A DNA stretch of 29,978 nt from Candidatus Krumholzibacteriota bacterium. GTDB taxonomy: Bacteria > Krumholzibacteriota > Krumholzibacteriia > LZORAL124-64-63. Below, piece after piece: positions 22,301-28,868 of the stretch. The stretch spans positions 1 to 29,978 of the forward strand of contig JBDLKA010000037.1 of NCBI GenBank assembly GCA_039714075.1, in the 5' to 3' direction. A program made the translations under genes and the position numbers. The notes beneath the pieces are model-generated. The model worked only from the letters and a program-made list of their open reading frames with translations, was not told the DNA's origin and searched no databases. Numbering within the stretch: position 1 is the first letter of the stretch; every line of letters begins with the position of its first letter.

Positions 22301-22529
22301 CGGGGGCGTGCGGCGGCGTCTCCCGGTTGCGGGCGGCGTGTTTGAGCAGGCTCTTGAAACCGTCGGTGATTTTTTCGGAAAAGAACACACGCCCCGGTGA
22401 GCCGTCACGGCGCCTGGAGGCTTCATGAAAAAGACGTTCCCCATGCGCAAAATCGCCGGCCGCCAGGGCTTCCTCGGCGGCGATGAGCATTTTCCAGTAA
22501 TTCAGTTCGTGCGTCCGATCGTTTTCCAT
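16359..22529 (-). CDS. giant hypothetical protein, 2056 aa; predicted TPR-like + degenerate exonuclease + degenerate DinG + degenerate RecQ + degenerate UvrD modules
   Basis: Uninterrupted 6.2-kb ORF that fills the space between the S8 protease gene and tnaA on the same strand. Ordered remnants of SF2 and SF1 helicase motifs were read by eye (see findings). The CDS itself is well supported; the domain call is inference. Confidence 0.85.
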   Translation of the reverse strand: MENDRTHELNYWKMLIAAEEALAAGDFAHGERLFHEASRRRDGSPGRVFFSEKITDGFKSLLKHAARNRETPPHAPGRWPRRTIEFRRRFLEQGEHVVRDGVRVAELRPEDDPVTNQPKLEAALFLVARSRIFQEEPSSAVPLIKGLFRTAGRTGRPFDFNLVRHDLPLTEEDRLWLAHKGGELFDVFIEHGRLNRGSPEAEEWARVVLQLVQPEYFGSTSRLAEERSWLEAVTADRLLGRAAESVELYRAYLGVGPVTGPRAEEARVRLLELLGNTDAGHFPVPRYGEALTVMAAGGPAPAGELASRLQAAQSRILHRRPSLGPAADSSLAWASLALGSAGGVTIIFWWDNEPRDMAYWRQGDGLEPIGEFLAPCEGRVVAFAEDVRSFVKSAWQEAPARWTVHDFMVAAMESRLPEDGLDRETVLGLCLAETGPWRGGWDPAAGHPELEPPRSSSLLEAWEEGPAAGALIAGLGWLAVRNRVVAGDPALRAGVGELARRGDAAARFLYEFINMDSHGGSGLDSSFEPWTLPLLWTRPDPFGWSATGPSSRREGSPAGDPGPRPDLGRNDLAIVSTGDPTAVLAAWGDGTRKWRVVLDRLDRLEALAQVAGGVIGPVTLIPPAGTVHSLSAALEFLESLLTDVRPDEDDLLPIFHWLRLVESHNGDLLDFRQVRPRTPGRFPLYDRYEAAVEMLAREEPQLDAEGQLDTWAGQFSQRVRKAGLVAGPVDHLAVTPERLDSLWGVFEGSDASWVFLDSAAIHWNLLRNGGPGIQEIHALLHTRGRRHLSLLTGSVWLRSELEGLLGEWLQVFGSPYCLSLTDGNPPSLLLADKGVQPEARRLAGEALAGQATWVQRAFAESGGGWVLLPAAGRSADFWASVSRAEVDLEIAAWNFLDPVGGEEPDDFRAGGLLAVPVLASLESEGVPAANSDTRADWVRADAEREIFFAWRRKICSLEMAACLAGPWDTVAVLDTRWWRLLLNSKVPAPGDEPAPPRSTGEIARLATEGIGRTLTLPGADPRGRQPVDGKIQASVNGWLMTRDSGDLAAADGAPTQGPQKVSTPGPGVHLLLGDETPVWRGMADRLVAAWERGQVEEWILLVADTMPAGAADLVTAAGMSGLSVWSAERREQVPAPVVWVEPEDFSDPDLEAFLAAYTPAVIMAGDVSEWKPGPEQEAQETALALRSILDCGAETVLLFSRGLDPSWVRFLSSACGAELLPGAGEQVSPSGPSVAPAGAGPCLDCGRARSAATVVRRLQALLPRLRALTSTQSGSEDDPQGESLPPGRQLLSLAWLGHLAGLAPDDVAEGVRLLRWAARLAGDSLSSAGSEHPDAARHGQGHALLIPRRFADLENSLDHLERNLGVMLPLWLGAGGAGSLNWIDMEYPPARIDASEVALLDCFLIWHGWNGESLGEGLPAAAVGLTYVCPRGLIHSTQRLVGCRGPSAEIVPELVQSLRVFRNRIADVMAGALETGDGFLVETGLTDLRDEESYFLGLGAALGFWRWIGPPCQGAVHLVDLLTVAESRTVRNRSHGWELVREEAAAGYPGSTRAGAGAVVRYGDAAESGRGRRGLRSLLAGGAEQKDDLDAVVARVADLALADEGPTFLVLKGVFGSGRHEALARGLLKCGAGGGEVPELTIYCPDQAVAAMVCRDFLRLGLTGPLDVRVPLASATQADEPAAGAFPADSSSSVVVICEAQRFASETRYRIAQTGRGRRLIMTVDPAAAREPWEHLFLTTPRADDVVELPGQRKAARKLWSETRKLVAPEFQGGGVRRRDKGILISDYAANLDQCLSRVVHEHEAGRLTAPLRITAPMPGDLEYLGSSIRDRGWLAVLETRLESLFLPGPRELLAAATDHLALCGLLDETFGSPPDAAGSEPQPDAPAGETEAPGNKDVDLMTGKLLGPEAGRAWLDWSGDQDPDPAITLGEFADLVAPTPWANTFMARPAARDRILRLLEQYGSEPLSALLTVPLWEAWWYGMMDDVAVRGPRYRRPLAVLTSASRPLGGAMAGAAYLCLGTEPLRQHYESLVRVTDSLLVLYQEKSPLPSESGE

Positions 22530-22535
22530 GGCCGA

Positions 22536-22544
22536 AATCTACCA
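22536..22544 (-). promoter_or_regulatory. extended -10 element for the 2056-aa gene (leaderless geometry)
   Basis: TG-G-TAGATT, followed by 6 nt and then the ATG. No Shine-Dalgarno sequence. Confidence 0.5.
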
Positions 22545-22601
22545 CGGATAACTCCGGGAAGGGAGGGGGAATATGCAGCAAAAGAAGTCGACCGCGGCGG
22601 A

Positions 22602-25600
22602 TCAGCGGGTCAGGACCACCCTTGAAACGAGCGGCCTGCCGGCGCCCCGCACCACCGCCAGATAGGTCCCGGCAGCCAAGGGGCGACCGCGGCTGTCGTT
22701 TCCATCCCACTTGAGGGAATCCGTGGCAATACCCGACCCCAGAACGCGGACCCGGCGGCCGCGCAGGTCGAAAATCTCCAGTTTCAAAGCCGGAGAGGGC
22801 GAAACCCCGGTCAAACGAAACTGGAAATTTCCTCCGCCGGGATTGGGGAACGCCACCAGTTGCCGGGTTCCACCTGCGCCGACGGGAACCGGGGATACGG
22901 CTTCCCGCAACGGGCAGGCCCCGCTGTTGCGGCCATCGCCCCGGGCGGCGGTCCAGGCGGTTTGGGAACTCTTGAGCGAGCGGACAGGCTGGATCCCCAC
23001 CTCATGCGACAGGATATCCACCCGCAGGTAGACGTCGTCCTCCACGGGAATGAGCATGGCGCCGGCGCTGCCGTACATGGGGTCGGTCTTGCCGCCGGCC
23101 GTCAAGGGCTCCCTTCGAACCAAAGGGCGGTCCAAGCTGGACGGACTCAACCAGGTCGTGCAGGCACCGGGCAAAGAGGTGACTCCAATGAGGATTTCGG
23201 ACCAGTCCACACTTACCAGGGAATTGACGTCAGTCCCGCTGCTTCCCTGAAAATTCCAGGCCAGCGGGGCGGGCAGCAATATGTGATCCAGGGTCAATAG
23301 TCCCTGGGAAGTCGAAGCCTTCACCCGAAACCCGGGCAGAACGGAAGAGGTGGTCACCCCGGTTGCAGCCAGGGAACCATGACCCAGAACCCATTCATCC
23401 TGGTCGCCGAATAGTCCGTTATCCGCCAGCCCGGTCAGGGTCACCCGCAGGTCGCCGGTCTGGTAACCACCGGCCACCACCGCCGCGGACAGCGCCAACC
23501 AACTCCCCCCCTCCGGTGCCGGGACCGTCAAATCGTCACCCGTCCCGGGTTGTCCCGTTGCGTCCAGGACCCGCATGGCCAACCGCCCGGTCACGGGATC
23601 CAGGGCCGGCAGGATGATTTCGTGAAACCCGTCATCGTCCAGATCACACAGGACCGGAGCCACCTCGAGAGCCACCCCGAGATCCCGCGGCCAACCGGGC
23701 AGGGCGTTCAGGTTCTCGTCGAGAGCCGTGACATGGCCGTCGGCAAAAGCAATGACCAGGGACTCTCCCGCTCCCGCCACCAGCACTCCCGCGGCGGGAG
23801 TCAAGGGCAGGCTGTGTCCCAGGTCGGCCTGTGCTTCCAGGACCGGGCCGTGGGACCAGCTGCGGACCATTCCCAGCTTGTCCACCGCGGCGACCCTGCG
23901 GTTTCCGCCGGAGGTCACGATACCCACGGGGGTGGTCAGGTTCCGGTTAAGGGTCAGGGCGACTTCCTGGATCGCCCCGGAACCGGCAAAGAAATAGATC
24001 GAACCGAAGTCCGAGGCCACCACGATTTCATCGCCGGGCACGCCATCCATATCCCAGACCAGGGGCTGGGTCAAACCTCCCTGGCTGGAACTGTGGGGAA
24101 AAACGAACACCGGCCAGCCCGGCCGGAAGTCCCCGTTCGTGTCCAGGGCGCTGAGTGATCTGGCGCCGAGGTCCACCGTAACGCGGGAGGGAATAATCAG
24201 GGTCGGACCGCTCAGCCCGGCCAGGTTTCCGGAATTGGGCGCGCCGGTGGCCAGGCCGGGCAAACTGGCCGCCGCGGCCTGGGCCGGGAAGGAATCGGCC
24301 TCCCTGATTTTCAGGGAAACTGTTCCCTGCCCGGACTTGCGCTTGACCACCATCACCAACCAATTGCCGGGATCGGGCCTCAGATACGTGAATTCCGAAA
24401 CGCCCGGACCGTTGGCGTCCCGGTGCCGGACCTGGTCAACCGTGGCCGGATCATCCAGCCACCGCGGGTCGGCAACTTCCAGCACGACGTCCAGGCTGCC
24501 GGAGGGAACCGCCTCGATCAGATACCGGATCTGCGGGCTGGTGATCAAGCGGCGGGCGACAACCGGTTTTTCCCAGTCGCTGGTCAGGGTGTCCAACTGG
24601 TCCCGCCCCGGCATCAACGGTAAAAGAGCGGCCTCGGCCGCCGCGTCGACCCGTAGCGTTCCCCAGCCCCGCACCGCGTCCGGACCCACGGGAAAGGACA
24701 GGGGAACCTGACCGGTGCCCGCATCATTTTCGGCCAGCACGACCGGAGCCGCGGTCAGTTTCAAAAGACCCGCCCGGGTCAAAGCCGAATGGCCGTCTGC
24801 CGGTAGGATGATCCCGTTTTCCAGCAGGGCCTCGTCCAGCAATTGCAGGGCGCCCGCGACATGGGCGGCGGCCAGACTGGTGCCGAAACGCCCGCTGTAG
24901 GTATCGTTGGGTTCGTTGTCCGCGGCGATGATCCGCCCTCCGCCACCGAGCAAACCCCCTCCGGGCGCCAGCAGGTCGGGCTTGCCCGGCACCGCCAGTC
25001 CCCGACTGCTGAAGGCCGAAACGGCCCCGGATCCGTTCACGCTGCCGACGGTCACCACTTCGGGCAGGGAGGCCGGAAAGCCCAGACCGGGATGGTCGAC
25101 GCCATCGTTGCCCGCAGCGGCAACGGGCAGCATCCCCGCGGCGACAAAAGCGTTCATGGCCGTGCTGATTCCCGCGTCGACATCCCAGTTGACCGCGGTC
25201 AGGACGGTGCGGATCCGGTAGATGTCCCGATGATCGAGAGTCCAGGCGCAGGCAGCCAGGAAATCACCAGCCCAGGCATGCCAGGTCTGGTCGAAATCGT
25301 AGAATTTGACCACGGTAAGCCGGCTGCCGGACGCCAGGCCCCGGTAGGCCGGATCCACCCGGCCGCTACCAACGACCACCGAGGCCAGCGCCGTCCCGTG
25401 GTAGTGGTAGTCCCAGGGACCGGCCGCCAGGGGAAAATCGTCCGTCACATCCTGCCACCCGACGACCTTGTAGCCCTCGAACAACGGCCAGCCGTTATCC
25501 GCCGGAAACCAGTCGCTCGCATCCCCCACGACCGGCGGAGGGCCATCCTTGTCGTCATCCGGATAATCACCCAGATCACCGTGTGCGGTATCACAGCCCG

Positions 25601-26336
25601 AATCCAGGATGGCCACGGAAGAGGACCAGTCGTCCCCGAGTTGCCACCGGCCCGTTTCGAGTCTGGCCGCGCCCGCCAGGTGGCGGCTGTCCGCCAGGGC
25701 AGGCACGCCGTCACGGTCAATCATGATGCGCCCGCCGGGCCGGTCGGCGAGAAAGGCGCGCAGACCTGTTTCGTTTCCCGCCAGGACGGCGACCCCGCCG
25801 AAACGGTCCACCGAATGCAGGAGACGGCAATCGCCAACCCGGGACGCGCCCTCCATCGCGCGGACCACGCCCTGCCTGCCGGCACCCAGGCAGATCAAGC
25901 GCAGATTGCCGGCCTGCCAACTGCCCCCGGCGGGTTCCATCCCCGCGGGGAAAGCGCTTTCTCCGGACATTCCGTCGGCAGCGGCGGCTGCCCGCAGAGG
26001 CGCGGAGACCGCGGCGGCGCGCAGGTCGTCAAAACCCACCCGGCCGTCCAACCACGCATCAAGGAGGTCCTCCAGACCGTTACCGTTTTCATCGAGCCGG
26101 GAATCAAAGCCCGCGGTGAAGTCCGACGGGGCGGCGTGGGCGACGGCGATCAGGGCCCTGTCCCCCGCCGCCGGCAGGATCCCCACCAGCATCAGAAAGA
26201 GGAGGGCGAACCCGATGCTCCGTGGGGATCCCAACCGACAGATCAAGGCAGCGCGAGGGGCCGGGGACGGGTTCGAGCGGAAACAGGAACCATCCGGGAC
26301 CTTGTGTCGGGCCAGAACTGTGCGGTTTGCGGGCAT
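22602..26336 (-). CDS. secreted subtilisin-like S8 serine peptidase with FG-GAP-like repeats and C-terminal FlgD-Ig/sorting domain, about 1244 aa (start uncertain)
   Basis: Catalytic triad VAILDSG / HYHGTALA / GTSLAAAHVAG and oxyanion AAGND. Hydrophobic signal-like segment IGFALLFLMLVGIL. Repeats WDMDGVPGDEIV and DLDDDGFHEII. C-terminus FPNP...IFDLRGRRVRVL...WDGNDSRGRPLAAGTYL. Confidence 0.9.
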   Translation of the reverse strand: MPANRTVLARHKVPDGSCFRSNPSPAPRAALICRLGSPRSIGFALLFLMLVGILPAAGDRALIAVAHAAPSDFTAGFDSRLDENGNGLEDLLDAWLDGRVGFDDLRAAAVSAPLRAAAAADGMSGESAFPAGMEPAGGSWQAGNLRLICLGAGRQGVVRAMEGASRVGDCRLLHSVDRFGGVAVLAGNETGLRAFLADRPGGRIMIDRDGVPALADSRHLAGAARLETGRWQLGDDWSSSVAILDSGCDTAHGDLGDYPDDDKDGPPPVVGDASDWFPADNGWPLFEGYKVVGWQDVTDDFPLAAGPWDYHYHGTALASVVVGSGRVDPAYRGLASGSRLTVVKFYDFDQTWHAWAGDFLAACAWTLDHRDIYRIRTVLTAVNWDVDAGISTAMNAFVAAGMLPVAAAGNDGVDHPGLGFPASLPEVVTVGSVNGSGAVSAFSSRGLAVPGKPDLLAPGGGLLGGGGRIIAADNEPNDTYSGRFGTSLAAAHVAGALQLLDEALLENGIILPADGHSALTRAGLLKLTAAPVVLAENDAGTGQVPLSFPVGPDAVRGWGTLRVDAAAEAALLPLMPGRDQLDTLTSDWEKPVVARRLITSPQIRYLIEAVPSGSLDVVLEVADPRWLDDPATVDQVRHRDANGPGVSEFTYLRPDPGNWLVMVVKRKSGQGTVSLKIREADSFPAQAAAASLPGLATGAPNSGNLAGLSGPTLIIPSRVTVDLGARSLSALDTNGDFRPGWPVFVFPHSSSQGGLTQPLVWDMDGVPGDEIVVASDFGSIYFFAGSGAIQEVALTLNRNLTTPVGIVTSGGNRRVAAVDKLGMVRSWSHGPVLEAQADLGHSLPLTPAAGVLVAGAGESLVIAFADGHVTALDENLNALPGWPRDLGVALEVAPVLCDLDDDGFHEIILPALDPVTGRLAMRVLDATGQPGTGDDLTVPAPEGGSWLALSAAVVAGGYQTGDLRVTLTGLADNGLFGDQDEWVLGHGSLAATGVTTSSVLPGFRVKASTSQGLLTLDHILLPAPLAWNFQGSSGTDVNSLVSVDWSEILIGVTSLPGACTTWLSPSSLDRPLVRREPLTAGGKTDPMYGSAGAMLIPVEDDVYLRVDILSHEVGIQPVRSLKSSQTAWTAARGDGRNSGACPLREAVSPVPVGAGGTRQLVAFPNPGGGNFQFRLTGVSPSPALKLEIFDLRGRRVRVLGSGIATDSLKWDGNDSRGRPLAAGTYLAVVRGAGRPLVSRVVLTR

Positions 26337-26405
26337 CAACGTCCTAAGGGATGTTAAAGTGACTCCCCGGATTACCATCCGGGAAAGGGAAGTCAACCCA
26401 TATTG

Positions 26406-26530
26406 ACCTTCCCTACGCAACCGCGCGGCCGGGGTTTCGACCGGAAAACCGCAGGCGGTTGTGTTGGTGGGGTTTCTCGAGGTGCCGACCTGAACCTGGG
26501 CATTTCCGAATCGCATGAAGTTAGGGAGGT
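26406..26530 (+). ncRNA. candidate structured RNA of unrecognised class
   Basis: Closing stem 26406-26415/26522-26530 encloses two hairpins, 26415-26424/26455-26464 and 26477-26486/26499-26509. The G-U pairs form only on the plus strand. No known family recognised. Confidence 0.3.
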
Positions 26531-26591
26531 GGCTGATCCGCCGCAAATGGCCGTTCCGCCAGGCGGCCCGCCGATGGACAGGTCGGCCCGG

Positions 26592-26966
26592 TTACCCCAC
26601 TCCCACCAGGTGGCGGATCTCCGAACCACCCTCCTTGCCCCCGTAATTTACGGCGACCACGTCGAACCGGAAACCACGCCGGGCGGTGCCCTGGTTTTCC
26701 ATCATCCAGATCGCCGCCATCCGGCGCAGGCGTTTCAACTGGTGCGGAGTCACCCAGGCTTCGGGCGGAACCGGGCACCGGGGCCCCCGGGTCTTGACTT
26801 CCACGAAGGCGACCAGTCCATCGCGGACCATGACCAGATCGATTTCGCCCCCCGGGCGCCTGAATCTCCGGTCGAGGCAGCGGTAACCGCATTTTTCCAG
26901 GAATTGCCGGGCGGCGTCCTCTCCCCACCTGCCCAGGGAATGACTGGCGGAATGACCGGCGGGCAT
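26592..26966 (-). CDS. yraN: YraN family (UPF0102) putative endonuclease, 124 aa
   Basis: Motifs LGRWGEDAA, GEIDLV, FVEVKTR and RFDVVAV. Usual position downstream of rnhB. Start reassigned to ATG 26966. Confidence 0.93.
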   Translation of the reverse strand: MPAGHSASHSLGRWGEDAARQFLEKCGYRCLDRRFRRPGGEIDLVMVRDGLVAFVEVKTRGPRCPVPPEAWVTPHQLKRLRRMAAIWMMENQGTARRGFRFDVVAVNYGGKEGGSEIRHLVGVG

Positions 26967-27054
26967 GGCCCGGCTCGCTTTCTGGGAGGAGCCGACAGGA
27001 AGAAGGGAGTGCTGATCCGGCAATGCAAGGCCGGTGCCCGGGAACGGCGGAAGG

Positions 27055-27693
27055 TCAGAACAACTGGCCCTGATCCAGTTCGGCAATGGGACGGTAACTG
27101 AAACGGTGCAGGGGACAGGGTCCGAGTCTGGCCAGGGCCTGCCGGTGGGTGGCCGCGCCGTAACCCTTGTGGGACGCGAAACCGTAATCGGGGTAATGGC
27201 GGTCCCAGGCGGTCATGACCCGATCCCGCAGGACCTTGGCCACCACGCTGGCGGCCGCGATTGCGGCGCTGGTGGCGTCACCTTTGACCAGGGCCTCTGC
27301 GCGCATGGGAATCTCGGGCACCTGGAGACCGTCGACCAGGACCAGTTCCGGGCACGGGTCCAGGCGGGCCACCGCCCCGGCCATGGCCCGCAGCGTGGCG
27401 CGCAGGATGTTGATCCGGTCGATCTCGCTCGGAGAAACAGCGCAAGCGCCCCAACTAAGGGCGCTTGCCTGGATATCTTCAAAAAATGCTTCACGCTGCC
27501 GAGCGGTCAGGGCCTTGCTGTCGTCCAGACCGTCGGGACACCAGCGGTCGGGCAGGACAACCGCCGCGGCGACCACCGGACCGGCCCAACAGCCACGCCC
27601 CGCCTCGTCGACGCCGCCGAGCAACCGACGGCCCCGGCCGGACTTCTCCCGGTCGAAACGAACCAGGGAACCCAGCGGGCCGGGCATCGACAT
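27055..27693 (-). CDS. rnhB: ribonuclease HII, 212 aa
   Basis: Motifs GVDEAGRG, LDDSK, INILRA, VDG, VKGD...IAAASVVAKV, HKGY and HRFSY. Confidence 0.97.
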   Translation of the reverse strand: MSMPGPLGSLVRFDREKSGRGRRLLGGVDEAGRGCWAGPVVAAAVVLPDRWCPDGLDDSKALTARQREAFFEDIQASALSWGACAVSPSEIDRINILRATLRAMAGAVARLDPCPELVLVDGLQVPEIPMRAEALVKGDATSAAIAAASVVAKVLRDRVMTAWDRHYPDYGFASHKGYGAATHRQALARLGPCPLHRFSYRPIAELDQGQLF

Positions 27694-28038
27694 CTACCGG
27701 CGGGCTTCGCGGATCCTGGCCTTACGCCCAGTCCGGCCGCGCAGGTAGTAGAGCTTGGCCCGGCGAATCCGGCCGCGCTTCTTGACAGTGATGGAGCTCA
27801 CGTTGGGCGACTCCACCGGGAAAATGCGTTCGACCGCGATTCCGCCGGAAATCTTGCGCACCGTAACCGAAGCTTCATGACCCGTTCCCTGCCTGGCGAT
27901 CACCGCGCCGATGAAATTCTGGATCCGGCTCTTGCCGGCTTCCTGGATCCGCACGGCCACGTTGATGGTGTCACCGATGTTGAAATCCGGGAGATCGTCC
28001 CGCAGGCCCTCGACCCGCATCTGCTCGACGATGTTCAT
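27694..28038 (-). CDS. rplS: 50S ribosomal protein L19, 114 aa
   Basis: Motifs PDFNIGDT, RIQNFIG, TVRKISGGIAVERIFP and RRAKLYYLR. GGAGG RBS before ATG 28038. Confidence 0.98.
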   Translation of the reverse strand: MNIVEQMRVEGLRDDLPDFNIGDTINVAVRIQEAGKSRIQNFIGAVIARQGTGHEASVTVRKISGGIAVERIFPVESPNVSSITVKKRGRIRRAKLYYLRGRTGRKARIREARR

Positions 28039-28133
28039 CACTGCCTCCAATTAATGCCCGCCCGGGATCGTGTGCTCACTTGCGGCACTTGCCCGAAAGA
28101 CCGGCGTTCCACTCGACTCGTTGCTATTCAGGT

Positions 28134-28868
28134 TCAGGCCCCGTTGTCGTCATCCGAATCCGCAAGGTCCGGCCGCCGAATGCGGGTCCTGTCTGCGGCC
28201 TGTTCGCGCCGCCATTTATCTATGTTGGCGTGATGCCCGGACAAAAGGACATCAGGCACTTCCAGTCCGCGATACTCCGGGGGCTTGGTGTACCACTGGC
28301 AATCCAGGCCGCCGCCCCTCGTATCGGTGAAGCTGTCGTTTCCCGCCGAATCACCGTTGTGCAGGACCCCTTCGATCCTGCGCACCAACGCGTCGGCGAT
28401 CACCAGGGCGGGCAATTCCCCGCCCGAAAGGACATAGTCCCCGATGGACACCTCGCGCGTGACCACCAGTTCCCTCGCCCGCTCGTCGATGCCCTTGTAA
28501 TGACCGCAGATCAGGATCAGTTCACCCTTCAACTGCAATTCATTGAGCAGGTCCAGGGTCATGACCTCGTCGAAGGTTTCACCCTGGGGCGTGGTCAGGA
28601 TCACGGTCGCGTCGTCGTTCTGCCGAACCGACTCGACGGCTTCGACCACCGGGGGCGCCATCATGATCATGCCGGCCCCGCCGCCGTAGGCGGTATCATC
28701 GACGGTGCGGTGCTTGTCCACCGCGAAATCCCTGATGTCGACCACTTCGTACCGCACCAGGTCCTGCGTGGCCGCCCGTCCCGGGATGCTCGTCTCCAGA
28801 ACGGTCCGGACCATGTCCGGAAAAAGGGTCAACACCTTGATGACCGGCGTATCAGCCTTTCTGGACAT
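28134..28868 (-). CDS. trmD: tRNA (guanine37-N1)-methyltransferase
   Basis: Motifs LTLFPDM, VDDTAYGGGAGM, CGHYKGIDER, SIGDYVLSGGE and VPDVLLSGHHA. Confidence 0.98.
   Translation of the reverse strand: MSRKADTPVIKVLTLFPDMVRTVLETSIPGRAATQDLVRYEVVDIRDFAVDKHRTVDDTAYGGGAGMIMMAPPVVEAVESVRQNDDATVILTTPQGETFDEVMTLDLLNELQLKGELILICGHYKGIDERARELVVTREVSIGDYVLSGGELPALVIADALVRRIEGVLHNGDSAGNDSFTDTRGGGLDCQWYTKPPEYRGLEVPDVLLSGHHANIDKWRREQAADRTRIRRPDLADSDDDNGA

Noticed and set aside
16359..22529. Calling the giant gene a pseudogene or an active helicase
   Set aside because: There is no frameshift or stop over 2056 codons, yet no intact Walker A/B either. Neither label fits.
16359..26336. S8 protease + giant NTPase-like protein as an IetAS/Avs-like anti-phage pair
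   Set aside because: The protease has a signal-like segment and an export-type C-terminal domain, so it is probably extracytoplasmic. The giant protein has its own promoter-like motif and no intact ATPase motif.
26337..26546. N-terminal 70-codon extension of the S8 ORF
   Set aside because: It runs through promoter-like and structured intergenic sequence and would push the signal-like segment more than 100 aa from the start.
26400..26590. 6S RNA, SRP RNA, RNase P RNA or TPP riboswitch
   Set aside because: There is no rod-with-central-bubble fold, no SRP GGAAGGAAGCAG core and no GAGGAAAGTCC. The TPP-like fragments GAACCTG and GCGTAGGGAA lie on opposite strands.
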